From Octopus sinensis (Eukaryota): 64,000 nt of DNA. A program made the translations under genes and the position numbers. The notes under the pieces were generated by a model. That model was given only the letters and a program-made list of their open reading frames with translations, was not told the origin of the DNA and did not search any database. Shown here piece after piece: positions 39,881 through 50,537 of the stretch; position 1 is the stretch's first letter, and each line of letters opens with the position of its first letter. The DNA is taken from NCBI RefSeq assembly GCF_006345805.1, contig NC_043014.1:14012001-14076000 (forward strand). The letters are read 5' to 3'.

Positions 39881-40561
39881 AAAAAAAAAGAGAGAGAGAG
39901 TTATAGTATCCTAGGAAAGTTGTGACAGTGTAACTTGTGGAAATAAAAGATGAGGATGGTTAGTAAACATATAAACATATATATAAATAGTTCGTTGGGA
40001 GATGAGGAGAGAAAAACAATTCAAGCAGGAATGCCGAGACATCAAAGAAAGAAATACATGCAAAATGATTGGTTGGAAACAGTTACATTATCTGTTTTGT
40101 TTTGTTTCTTTTTAATTAAATATTGTGTAATGACAATAATTTGTTTGTTGTTTAAGATAATAAAGAACAAAGGCAAGCATAACATGCTGGCTATTATATT
40201 TCAGTGGGAAGTTGGAGACAGAAATATAACCAGATACCTTGTAAACAAAACGAAAGCAACTTTCATACTGTGTTTGTAATTCCTGTTTATTTATTGGTTC
40301 AGCCATGCGTTATGTTGAGTGTGTGTGGTGGGGACGTTGAATTAGCTCTATCACTTGCAGTTTGTTTGTTTACAATTGTCTACATAAGTATGATTTGAGG
40401 TTCTCATTTCATATTAGTACATGAGTACCCGTTCTCTCTCTTTCTCACTCACGCACACAAACAAACACTCTTATATAACAGCAGACGTGTTTATTTATGT
40501 CTCATGCATCTGTCATTATTATTATTTAGGATGTAAACAATACTTAGACAAACAAGCACTC

Positions 40562-40960
40562 GGATCTTTTCGGTTTGAACGGCAGTTTTTAACATAATTT
40601 CTAAACTTCGTATACTGGTGGAATGTGTTTATAAAGCACCTTTTTCTCTTGGCTTTATTGAGAAAATTCTATAGTTTGTAAGATATTTGTTGGGTTTTTT
40701 TCTTCAATTTCTGCAATTTCAACCAATCACTGACGTCTATTGAGGTAAAAAAAAAACATTCTGTGCCTGTATGAATATGTTCCTCGTTTAAGGAACAGAT
40801 TGGGTTTATTTACATTTGTGAAGAAAAAAAGATACCCTTCTCCCCACCCCTAACCCTAAAACAGACTGAAATGCAATAGATCGATACTAGGGTCATAATT
40901 ATGGGCGACAATTTCATATGACACCGCTAGAAAAAACTGCCGTTCAAACCGAAAAGATCC
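40562..40960 (+). mobile_element. Merlin-type MITE, copy D
   Basis: Same TIRs and body with a small internal deletion; TSD AAGCACTC/CAGCACTC (7/8). Confidence 0.9.
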
Positions 40961-41449
40961 CAGCACTCTCACATCGAACTTAGGTGGTCGCTCGACCTGC
41001 TAGAACGTGCAACAAAACCTCCATTTAAATCACTCTCTTGCCGTCTAAAAAAGGGGAAACACAAAAGACAACGTAGTCTATCATGATGCCTTAACATAAA
41101 ATGGGACGATAAAATAGGTTAGAACGCCAATGGGATTTTTCTGTTTGGCTACCAGCATCAATCAGCGTCAATTTCTGTTCACATTAATTTCATATTCAGT
41201 GTAACGATACAGTTTTATAGGCTCATGAATGCCATGGAAATCATTTTTGCTATAAATCAATAAATAAAAAGTTATTAGCTGTTGAAGTTTTAAAATTTCG
41301 GGTAATTTTAGCCAATCGTAAATCATAGTAACAAGCGGAACATGAGAACTCTTTTGTCTGCGAGAAAGCACGTGTTGACAAATATATTGAAGCTGAAACC
41401 ACTTGTTGATGCCGTGTTCTACTTGGAAAATTTCCCTATCTGTTTGATT

Positions 41450-42690
41450 ATGGCAGCAAGCTCCGGTAACCTCGCGTCTATGATGGAGACACTGAAGACA
41501 GAGAAGGATGCTGCCGTACCTACAAGAAAAGGGATCTTTTCGGTTTGAACGGCAGTTTTTCACATAATTTCTAGGTAACTAAAAAAATTTAAAACTTCGT
41601 ATACTGGTAGAATGTGTTTATAAAACATCTTTTTCTCTTGGCTTTATTGAGAAAATTCTGTAGTTTGTAACATATTTGTTGTTTTTTCTTCAATTTCTGC
41701 AATTTCAACCAATCAATGACGTTTATTGAGTTAAAAAGCATTCTGTGCCGTATGAATATGTCCCTCGTTTAAGAAACAGATTGGGTTTATTTACATTTCC
41801 GAAGAAAAAAGATACCCTTCCCCCACCCCTAACCGTAACCCTAACCCTAAAACAGATTGAAATGCAATAGATCGATACTAGGGTCATAATCATGGGTGAC
41901 AATTTCATATGACACCGCTAGAAAAAACTGCCGTTCAAACCGAAAAGATCCGAAAAGGGTGTTATACCCAAAAGAAAATTATGTACTAGAAAGAAGCATG
42001 TTATGAGTACAAAAAGACGTGGTGGGAATGTGTAATGGCGATGCTTACGCAGAAAATGCATGGAATCTGTGTCAGTGAGGGAAATCACATGGTTTGAAGG
42101 TGGGACCCCTTCCTCTTAGGACTGTAGTACTTTTCCTTTACTTATGGTTCAAAGAATTGACCTGAGTCCGGTTTTGTGTTGAAGAACTGGGGATTAACCA
42201 TTGCACAGCTGTTGATTATATCAGCTATGTTAGAGAAGTATGTACGGAGGATTTGCTCTGTCATACAATTCACGTTGGTGGGCCTGAGAAGATTGCTGAG
42301 GTCGACAAAACAATGAACAGTGGATTTTCGGAGGAATGTGTCGTGAGACGAAACAGGTTTTTCTGTATGCGGTGCCATGTCGGAATTGTGACATACTGGA
42401 AGAATGCATTTCCCAGGATTTCTCGATTATCCCAGGAACCACAATTTTCAGCGATTTGTGGAGGGCGTACTCTCACATTCCTGAAATTAATGGTTACAAT
42501 TTTGAGCGTAGAACGGTGAACCACAGAGTTAGGTTTGTTAACTTGAAAGTTGGTACCCACACTCAACAAGTGGAGAGTATACGGACCTCTGTAAAGCGAG
42601 GTAATAAATGACGCTGTGGCACTTACCGTTCTCTGGTAGATTCATATCTGTGAACTTATGTAACGCAAGAGACATGAAAATTGCGATCTG
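41450..42690 (+). pseudogene. Merlin transposase pseudogene (frameshifts, stops, MITE insertion)
   Basis: Pieces translate as MAASSGNLASMMETLKTEKDA / LPYLQEKGVIP..WRCLRRKC..SVREITWFEGG / VDYISYVREVC..VGGPEKIAEVDKT / IIPGTTIFSDLWRAYSHIPEINGY..TVNHRVRFV..GTHTQQVES. These match the IS1595/ISXO2 DDE motifs (GG.G..VEIDES, I.PG..I.SD.W..Y, TVNH, G.HTQ.IES) of Merlin transposases. Confidence 0.9.
41532..41951 (+). mobile_element. Merlin-type MITE, copy E, inserted in the Merlin transposase
   Basis: Same TIRs and body; GAAAAG duplicated on both sides; removing it rejoins LPYLQEK|GVIPKRKLC. Confidence 0.9.
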
Positions 42691-45368
42691 TCCGAGAAAT
42701 TGATTGAATGCACTTTGAACTATCGTTTTCAATTTTGAGAATATTTAATTCATGATTCGCTATTTTGTTTTTAGATAAATCTTCTTTTTTTTTTTTCGTA
42801 CTAATGCTTAAATGTTTGTTTTTAAGCATATTTGATGTGTAATGTGTTGCTTCTTATCGCATGTAATGTGTTGTTTATCGCATTTAATACATATTGAATG
42901 CTTAAAACAGTATGTTGCTTACTCTTACTTTTCTTCTCAATGGGGTGGTTGTGAGATGTGCTAAAAATAACAGCTAAATAACGTATTTGGATAAATCTTT
43001 TAGGTTCGTGCTATCGCATTAAACGTATATCGAATTCTTAAAACTACAAAAGACGTGTTGTTTACTAGTTTTCCTTGTGTAGAATACTAATATTGACAAC
43101 ACGTGCTATTTTCAGAATGTTGACGACAAAATGTGCAATCACGCACAAAATGTCAGCTTCCAAATCCTGTTTCCTGACTGGGTGAAAATTATCATGCTGT
43201 AAACCTCTATAACTTTTTTAAAACAATTTTCTGGAACAAGTAAAATAACTCCAGCAATTCAGCTTGGAAAACTACATTAATGTGCCAAATTTTAAAATTT
43301 TCGATAAACTTTTTGAAATGCTGGTAACCAAGCAGAAAAGATCCCGCCAATGGTTTTACGCCAGCTTGTTAAAGCCAACCTGGTGCTGAACAACACCATC
43401 CTGAGTTCAAATTCCGTCGAGGTCGACTTTGCCTTTTATCCTTTCGGGGTCGATGAATTAAGTACCAGTTGCGTACTGGGTCGATCTAATCGATTGGCTC
43501 CCTCCCCAAAAATTTTGGGCCTTGTACCTAGAGTAGAAAAGATTATCATTAAGCAAGGACTCGGAAACTATTTTGAGTTTTCTTGGTTCCTAAAGTTTTC
43601 AGGAAAGTGAGTTTGAGGAATTAGTAGAGCGCCATTCCGCCACGCTGTATTCGAATCCTGCAATCGTCCCACAATTTTTCTGAAATACACATTCAACATA
43701 GGCTTTCAAAGATGTCGTTGCGGAAACTCCATGGATTGCTTGGGATTACATAAACTTTGCTGGCACTTAATCCTTTGCTTGTCATAAGTTTGTCCTAAAC
43801 ATCCATATTTGTTTCCAGGTCTTTAGTTAGCCTTTTGTTTCATAAGTTCTGAGTAATATAAAGTTTTCTTTTCACAAGGTTGACAAAAATTGAGAATGTG
43901 TATCATATATGATTCATGGGCGCTAGAAGAGGTATATGGAGCTCTGAACAGAATTAGTACTTTTGGTATCCGGCAGCTGCACCTTGCTAGGAATGGCTAC
44001 GTGGAGAGGAACCACTAGTCTTTATTTTCATTCTTAATATCTCTCACTTGATGGCTTCTAACGCCGCAACCCGGTACACTATATCAGCTGGTTGGCTAAA
44101 CCAAGTAAGGGTATCACGTTAACACCGCACCAGTAGGCGAAGGACTCCGGGTAAGGCTTTCCAAGCAGTCACCGGCTAGGGCGGAGAAACCTGCTCGAGT
44201 CAACGGCCTAGTGTTCAGGGCCACGGCGTGTCCCGGGTAGCGGCATATAGTTGTGGCTAACAGCTTGGAGAGGAATGGGTGCTGCCGAGCTAACTTTCCC
44301 ATGATACATTCCTGATGATGACAGGTAGACCAGAACCCATACCGGATCGGTCGTTGCCCGGGTTAATATCAAGAGTGGTCAAGCTTCAATTTCGCCGACT
44401 CGCACAAGGTAACAGAAGACGGAGAGAAGTGACGAAATCTGCTTGCAACGTCATCAACGAATGTCTCATCAACTACACAGTCAAGTCATAGGAAGGAAGG
44501 AAGGAAGGAGGACGTCAGAGAAATATGTTCTGTGTGTTACACGTAATACTCAGGACCAGCAAAGAGTTAAACGCCAGCTGGTTTTCAAAACACACGGAAA
44601 TTAACACTATAACTGAGCGGGCTTTAATTTGCCTCAGTCAGTATTCTATCTGTTCTGGAGCTAACATGTTTGTCTTGTATGACTGCATGGTATGACTTTG
44701 TGTCTTTGGAGTAGGAAGTACTCTCCGCTCTGGGGGATGCTGACGTGGTAGATCTTTTTGCTACAACTCTTGTCCTTAATTGTGCAGTTTTTGCGGATTT
44801 TCCCGGGTTTTTTTTCGGTGTAACAAATAAAGATGTCTAACAATTCATTGCTAGCCAATTTCATATTTTCGAACAATTACTTTTGAAACTATTGGTGTTT
44901 CTGCCGCGCTTTTAACAGAAATTTTTTGGTCTCACTGGTTTAAAACTTGGCAACCGCTATTGGTGTGTTTACGTCCTCATAAGTTAGCGATAGGACAAAA
45001 GCACCAGGCTTAAAAAAATAAGTACTGGGGTCAATTGATGTGGGTAAAAAGTCTTCAAAGCGATGCCCCAGCATGACCACAGTCTAATGACTGATATAAG
45101 CTTTAAAAAAAGATTATTATTTAAAGACAGACGTTACACTTTTTGCTTTACAACTTTAAGACAACTGGGGAACGACGAAAAGGCACAAGCCTCTGTAGCA
45201 GTACTCAACATTCGAAACCTTCTTAGTTAAGTAACGGGAAAAGGCCAGTGCATCGCAGGTCTCCGTATTTGGTGATGACTGTCTTTATCAGGTGATCTTG
45301 ATATATATTTCAGCCTGTGTTTCTGGTGCATTAGTGTAGTGGCAAGCTTAATAGAAAACGCCTTGCAA

Positions 45369-45380
45369 TTTCGCGCCAAA
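45369..45380. promoter_or_regulatory. Canonical E2F-type site TTTCGCGCCAAA
   Basis: Exact match to the TTTSSCGC consensus, in CpG-rich unique sequence. Function not shown. Confidence 0.45.
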
Positions 45381-46314
45381 TTACGTTATGAATCGAGATA
45401 CGCGGGATACGCAGAGAATTCGTAAAGGTCTTCTTGGTTATCTCATAGCTATGTCGCTCCGAACACATAATACAAAAAACAAAAAAACCATCTCTCGTCA
45501 AGCATACATTCTCACCAAGTATATATTCTCACACACAAGCTACTGGTATTCAGCGCAACAACTTTTTCTAAAGCAAAAAGTGTAATGTTTGTCTTTAAAT
45601 AATAATCTTTTTTTTAAGCCTATATCAGTCATTAGACTGCGGTCATGCTAGGGCACCGCTTTGAACACTTTTAACTCAAATCAATTGACCTCAGTACTTA
45701 TTTTTTAAAGCCTGGTGCTTTTGACCAATCGCTTACTTACGAGGACATAAACACACCAAATACTGGTTGCCAAGTTTCCAAAACGTTATAACAATGACAA
45801 CTGATTTTTGCTGAAGCAAACCATCACTACTTTTCTCAGACTCGGGTTTTAGTTATAAATTTGTAGCTTAGTACCAATGTTAAAAATTAATATATCTAAA
45901 AAATTATTAAAAATTCTGGCTGTGTGGTAAGAAGTATGCTACACATCTACATGATTCCAGGTTCAGTCTCACTGCGTGGTACCTCGAGCAGGCGTTTACT
46001 ATTATAGCTCTCCACCCGGGCCGAACAAAGCCTTGCGAATCGATTTGGTTGATTGAAATTGAAAGAACCCGTGTCTGACAACTGGTGTTGGCTTGTTTAC
46101 GTCTCTGTGGCTTAATGATTCGGCGAAAGCGATCGATAGGATACGCACCACGCTTTAAAAAAATAAATACAAGGGTCAATTTGTTTGACTAAACCCCTGA
46201 AAAAGGTACCTCAGCATGGTCGCAGTCCAATAACCGAAACAAGCAAAAAGAATAGAAAAAATATCATAACTTGTATAAGTTAAGAAATTCAATACATTAA
46301 TATTTATTATATAT

Positions 46315-47125
46315 TAAGGCGGCGAGCTAGCAGAAACGTTAGCACGCCGGGCAAAATGCGTAGCCGTATTTCGTCTGCCGTTACGTTCTGAGTTCAAATT
46401 CTGCCGAGGTCGACTTTGCCGTTCATCCTTTCGGGGTCGATAAATTAAGTACCAGTTACGCACTGGGGTCGATATAATCGACTCAACCCGTTTGTTTGTC
46501 CTTGTTTGTCCCTTCTGTGTTTAGCCCCTTGTGGGTAGTAAAGAAATAGGTATTTCGTCTACGTTCTGAGTTCAAATTCCACCGAGGTCGACTTTGCCTT
46601 TCATCCTTTCACGGTCGATAAATTAAGTACCAGTTGTGTACTGGAGTCGATCTAATCGACTGGCCCCCTGCCCCAAAATTCGGGCCTTGTGTCTAGAGTA
46701 GAATCGTTGGCACGTCGGGCAATATGTTTAGCAACATTTCGAGGGTCCTCACGTTCTGAATTCAAATTCTGTCAACTTTGCCTTTTATCCTTTCGGGGTC
46801 GATAAATTAAGTACCAGTTTAACGCAGGAGTCGATGTAATCGATTTACCCTTCCCCACAAAATTGCTGGCCTTCTGCCAAAATTTTAAACCAATATTTAT
46901 TATGTATTAAGGCGGCAAACTGGTAGAATCTTTAGCCCGCCGGACAAGATGCTTAGCGATATTTCGTCCGTCTTCACGTTTTGAGTTCAAATTCTGCCGA
47001 GGTCGACGTCGCCTTTTATCCATTTGAGATCGATAAAATAAGTACCAGCTGAAAAACTGGAGTCTATGTAATCGACTTCCCATTTCCCCGATATTGCTAT
47101 CCTTGTGTCGAAATTTTAAACCAAT
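46315..47125 (+). mobile_element. Tandem array of tRNA-derived SINE family 2 (about 4 units)
   Basis: Repeated A-box-like (T/A)GCAGAAACGTTAG, B-box GAGTTCAAATTC(C/T) and GTCGACTTTGCCTTTCATCCTTTCGGGGTCGATAAATTAAGTACCAG core. Confidence 0.88.
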
Positions 47126-47564
47126 ATGTATTAAAAATTATTCATAAAAATCAATATATTTAATTATTTATTTCGCTTTTTACCCGCACCTCCCGAAAAT
47201 TTTTTTTTTTCATTCATCAAGAAACCCACGCAAAAAGACATCTTTCTTGCGTTACATGTTTTGAAAGTACACTACAGTTGAAAGTCGGTCATAAATGTAA
47301 ATGATTGTCTAACTGCACGTGAACAGATAAATGAGTGTAAGTGAAGGGGCGGAAAGAGAGAGAGGGAGAGAGAATAAGAATAGAGAGAGAGAATAAGAGA
47401 AACGTGAGTGCTAGCGTGCGTGAGAAAGAGAAAGAGAGAGCTGGTGAATTTGCGCGCTGTTTTGGTTGTTGCAGTTTAGCCCCAGGTCAGCCCAGGACGA
47501 GATGACTTCTGATCAAAAATTTTCCAGCCATGATTACTGTATAGTTTTTTTATTATTATTATAA

Positions 47565-47618
<54 letters not shown>

Positions 47619-48442
47619 AATGCAATGTGCCTTTCAATTTTTAAGATCAATAAGGATGTGATTCAAGGAAGATCTGGCTGCTATTTCTTGCAGGTCGTTC
47701 GATCATTAAGAGTCTCCTGTGTGTGTGTCTCTCACATTAAGCAGGCACACGTTTATCGCGAGTTGCAGCGTAAAAGCGTAAATGATAAACTGTGTTGAAA
47801 CAAACAATTAGAGGTCAAAATCTGTTACTGCTGTTGTAAATAACTTACATAACCAAAGTAAATGCGACTTGAAAAAATTTGCGCCCAAGTCAATAAACTA
47901 CTCACACAGTACCTTTCAATGATTTTGTGATAAATATTATATTATCGTTACCTAACCGGACGGAGTGTTTAGCGGCATTTCGTCTGCTTTACATTCTGAG
48001 TTAAAATTCCTCCAAGGTCGACTTTGCCTTTCATCCTTTCGGGGTTGATAGAATAAATACTAGTTGAGCACTGGGGTCAGTGTAATCGATTTACCCTCCT
48101 CATCAAAATTGCTGGCCTTGTGCCAAAATTTGAAACCAATATATTGCATTATATCATCATCATCATCATCATCATCATCGTTTAACGTCCGCTTTCCATG
48201 GGTTGGACGATTTGACTGAGGTATGGCGAACCAGATGGCTGCACCAGGCTCCAATCTGATCTAGAAGAGTTTCTACAACTAGATGCCCTTCCTAACGCCA
48301 ACCACTCTGAGAGTGTAGTGAGTGCTTTTACGTGCCAGTCAGGCAGTACTGGCAACAGCCACGCTCAAATGGTGCTTTTTATGTGCCACCTGCACAGGAG
48401 CCAGTCCAGCGGCACTAGCAATGACCTCAATCATATATTATA

Positions 48443-48722
48443 CAGGGTGGGGCAGAGCGGTCGGACATTTTTGAAATGACTATTACTCAGCCCCTGTGGG
48501 AGGGATATATGTCTGACAGGTACCAATTCAGTCTGTGGTGTCTTAGCATTTTTTCTCTTCAGGTGAAGCCATGGTGCATAGAGCATCACTTGTTTACCTA
48601 CAACACTTATGTGAAGAATAACGAGTCTGTCACAGTAGTTCAGAGGGAATTTCTGCCTCATTTCAACATTCACCAAAATCAGGCTGTTCCCACCTGTAAC
48701 ACAATCTTTTGTTGGGTGAATG
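48443..48722 (+). mobile_element. Tc1/mariner left end with N-terminal HTH relic
   Basis: TA|CAGGGTG terminus; WCIEHHLFTYNTYVKNNESVTVVQREFLPHFNIHQNQAVPTCNTIFCWV resembles the DUF4817-type transposase HTH. Confidence 0.75.
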
Positions 48723-48724
48723 TA

Positions 48725-48934
48725 CAGTGATCCCTCGTTTATCGAGACCAGCTGCGATAACTGAATTTCCGCGAAGTAGGGACACCATATTTACAGTATT
48801 TATTTAACGTGTATTTGGACTTTTGAAACCCTCTCTGTACTGTTAACAACCCACCCATCACAGTAGTCTATTAATAACAAGGACAACTGTTAAGCAATAA
48901 CACTTTAGATTTAAAAAAATAAAGATTGTTACTG
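48725..48934. mobile_element. pogo/Tigger-like MITE fragment
   Basis: TA|CAGTGATCCCTCG start, TTACTG|TA end; TIR match short. Confidence 0.45.
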
Positions 48935-48939
48935 TACTC

Positions 48940-49495
48940 AACATGAAAGAAGTCGAAAGTGTGAGTCTGGGGACTCTGTGACCAAGAAATTGATGTGACA
49001 AGGTTGCAGTTAACAATAAAACATGGTGGCTATTCTGTGATGGTCTGGGGAGAAATTTGGAGCAGTGGTCGATCAGAGCTTGTAGAGTGTTGTAGAAAGA
49101 TAAACTCAGATAAATATGTGTCTATATTGCAGAAAGGGCTCCTTCTGATCTTCTTCAACAGTGAAGTGATTAAAGAAGACTTTCTGTTTATGGAAGATGG
49201 AGCTCCTTGTCATACAGCTAAAAAGACCCAAAATTGGTTGGAAGAAAATTATATTAGAAAGCTTTCATGGTCAAGCTAGTCACCAGATATGAACCCTATT
49301 TATCACCACTGGGGCATAACGGATAGGACACTTCACAGAAAGAACAAGAAAGCATCTTCAAAGCCAGGTCTTTTGAGATTACTGCATGAAACTTGGCAAG
49401 AAATTCATTAAGAGAATATTCATCATCTGATCAGTAGCATGCCTAATAGGGTCCTTGCGCTGAAAAATGCAAAGGGCATGTCTACTAAATATTAG
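48940..49495 (+). pseudogene. Tc1 (DD34E-type) transposase fragment
   Basis: TIKHGGYSVMVWG..FLFMEDGAPCHTAK..WSS*SPDMNPI..LISSMPNRVLALKNAKGMSTKY*: Tc1 catalytic-domain motifs with stops. Confidence 0.9.
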
Positions 49496-49617
49496 ATATT
49501 CACATTATAATAATTAATAAATATTTTGAATGTATAATTTCAGATTTAAATGAATTTTAATGATTATAAGGATGTCTTTTTACTTCTGACATATGTGTGT
49601 GTGTATGTATGTATATG

Positions 49618-49680
<63 letters not shown>

Positions 49681-49682
<2 letters not shown>

Positions 49683-50078
49683 TCTTTTACTCTTTTACTT
49701 GTTTCAGTCATTTGACTGCAGCCATGCTGGAGCACCGCCTTTAATCGAGCAACTCGACCCCGGAACTTATTCTTTTGTAAGCCCAGTACTTATTCTATCG
49801 GTCTCTTTTGCCGAACCGCTAAGTAACGGGGACATAAACACACCAGCATCGGTTGTCAAGCAATGCTAGGGGGACAAACACAGACACACAAACACACACA
49901 CGCATATATATATATATATATATACGACGGGCTTCTTTCAGTTTCCGTCTACCAAATCCACTCACAAGGCTTTGGTCGGCCCGAGGCTATAGTAGAAGAC
50001 ACTTGCCCAAGGTGCCATGCAGTGGGACTGAACCATGTGGTTGGTAAACAAGCTACTTACCACACAGCCACTCCTGCG

Positions 50079-50113
<35 letters not shown>

Positions 50114-50260
50114 TTTTATTTGTTTCATGCTGGAGCACTACCTTTACTCAAGCAAATTGACCTCAGGACTTATTCTTTTTAAGCCTAGTACTTATTCCAT
50201 CAGTCTCTTTTGCCGAACTGCTAAGTTATGGGTACGTAAACTCACCAGCGTCAGTTGTCA
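49681..50260 (-). mobile_element. SINE family 1 (full copy plus partial second copy)
   Basis: 49681-50081 full length; 50110-50260 degenerate tail. Confidence 0.88.
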
Positions 50261-50390
50261 AGATGCGTAGTCAAAGGGCACCAGATGTACAGGTAAGGTG
50301 TAACAAGGTGTGACACATGGGGTATGACAAGTCAGTAATTTCTGAGTGTATTGAAATGAATTGATAAAAGATAGTCTATACTTATTACAG

Positions 50391-50537
50391 GTTTTATTCA
50401 ACTTTTACATAGTTACACCATTGCAACAAACTGAAAGAAATGCAAAAATTTGTTGTGTAGATGATGGCCTATTTGTATGGAAAACCTCGTACCAAGTTCT
50501 TATAGGAATCAGCCATTTGGTGTTCAGTAGGAAGAAG
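50391..50537 (+). other. Candidate exon (147 nt, phase 0-0 open)
   Basis: cttattacag|…AAG|gtaaaa; VLFNFYIVTPLQQTERNAKICCVDDGLFVWKTSYQVLIGISHLVFSRKK; no recognised homologue. Confidence 0.25.

Larger units (their letters stand above)
41133..43344 (+). mobile_element. Full-length decayed Merlin (IS1595/ISXO2-like) DNA transposon
   Basis: Left end GGATTTTTCTGTTTGGCTACCAGCAT matches the reverse complement of the right end (GGATCTTTTCTGCTTGGTTACCAGCAT). Perfect 8-bp TSD CGCCAATG at 41125-41132 and 43345-43352. Internal transposase relic; subterminal direct repeats at ~42.84-43.08 kb. Confidence 0.92.

Noticed and set aside
44219-44262. HDV-like P1 helix GGCCACG/TGTGGCT with a G-U wobble
   Set aside because: No L3 (UYCNCG-like) loop, no P1.1 GG and no P2/P4 in the required order.
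45270-45340. Box C (GTGATGA) suggesting a C/D snoRNA
   Set aside because: No box D (CTGA) or terminal stem at a suitable distance.
46315-47125. Regularly recurring conserved units (CRISPR-like?)
   Set aside because: Units are ~200-bp SINE copies in eukaryotic DNA; no short repeat/spacer periodicity and no cas genes.
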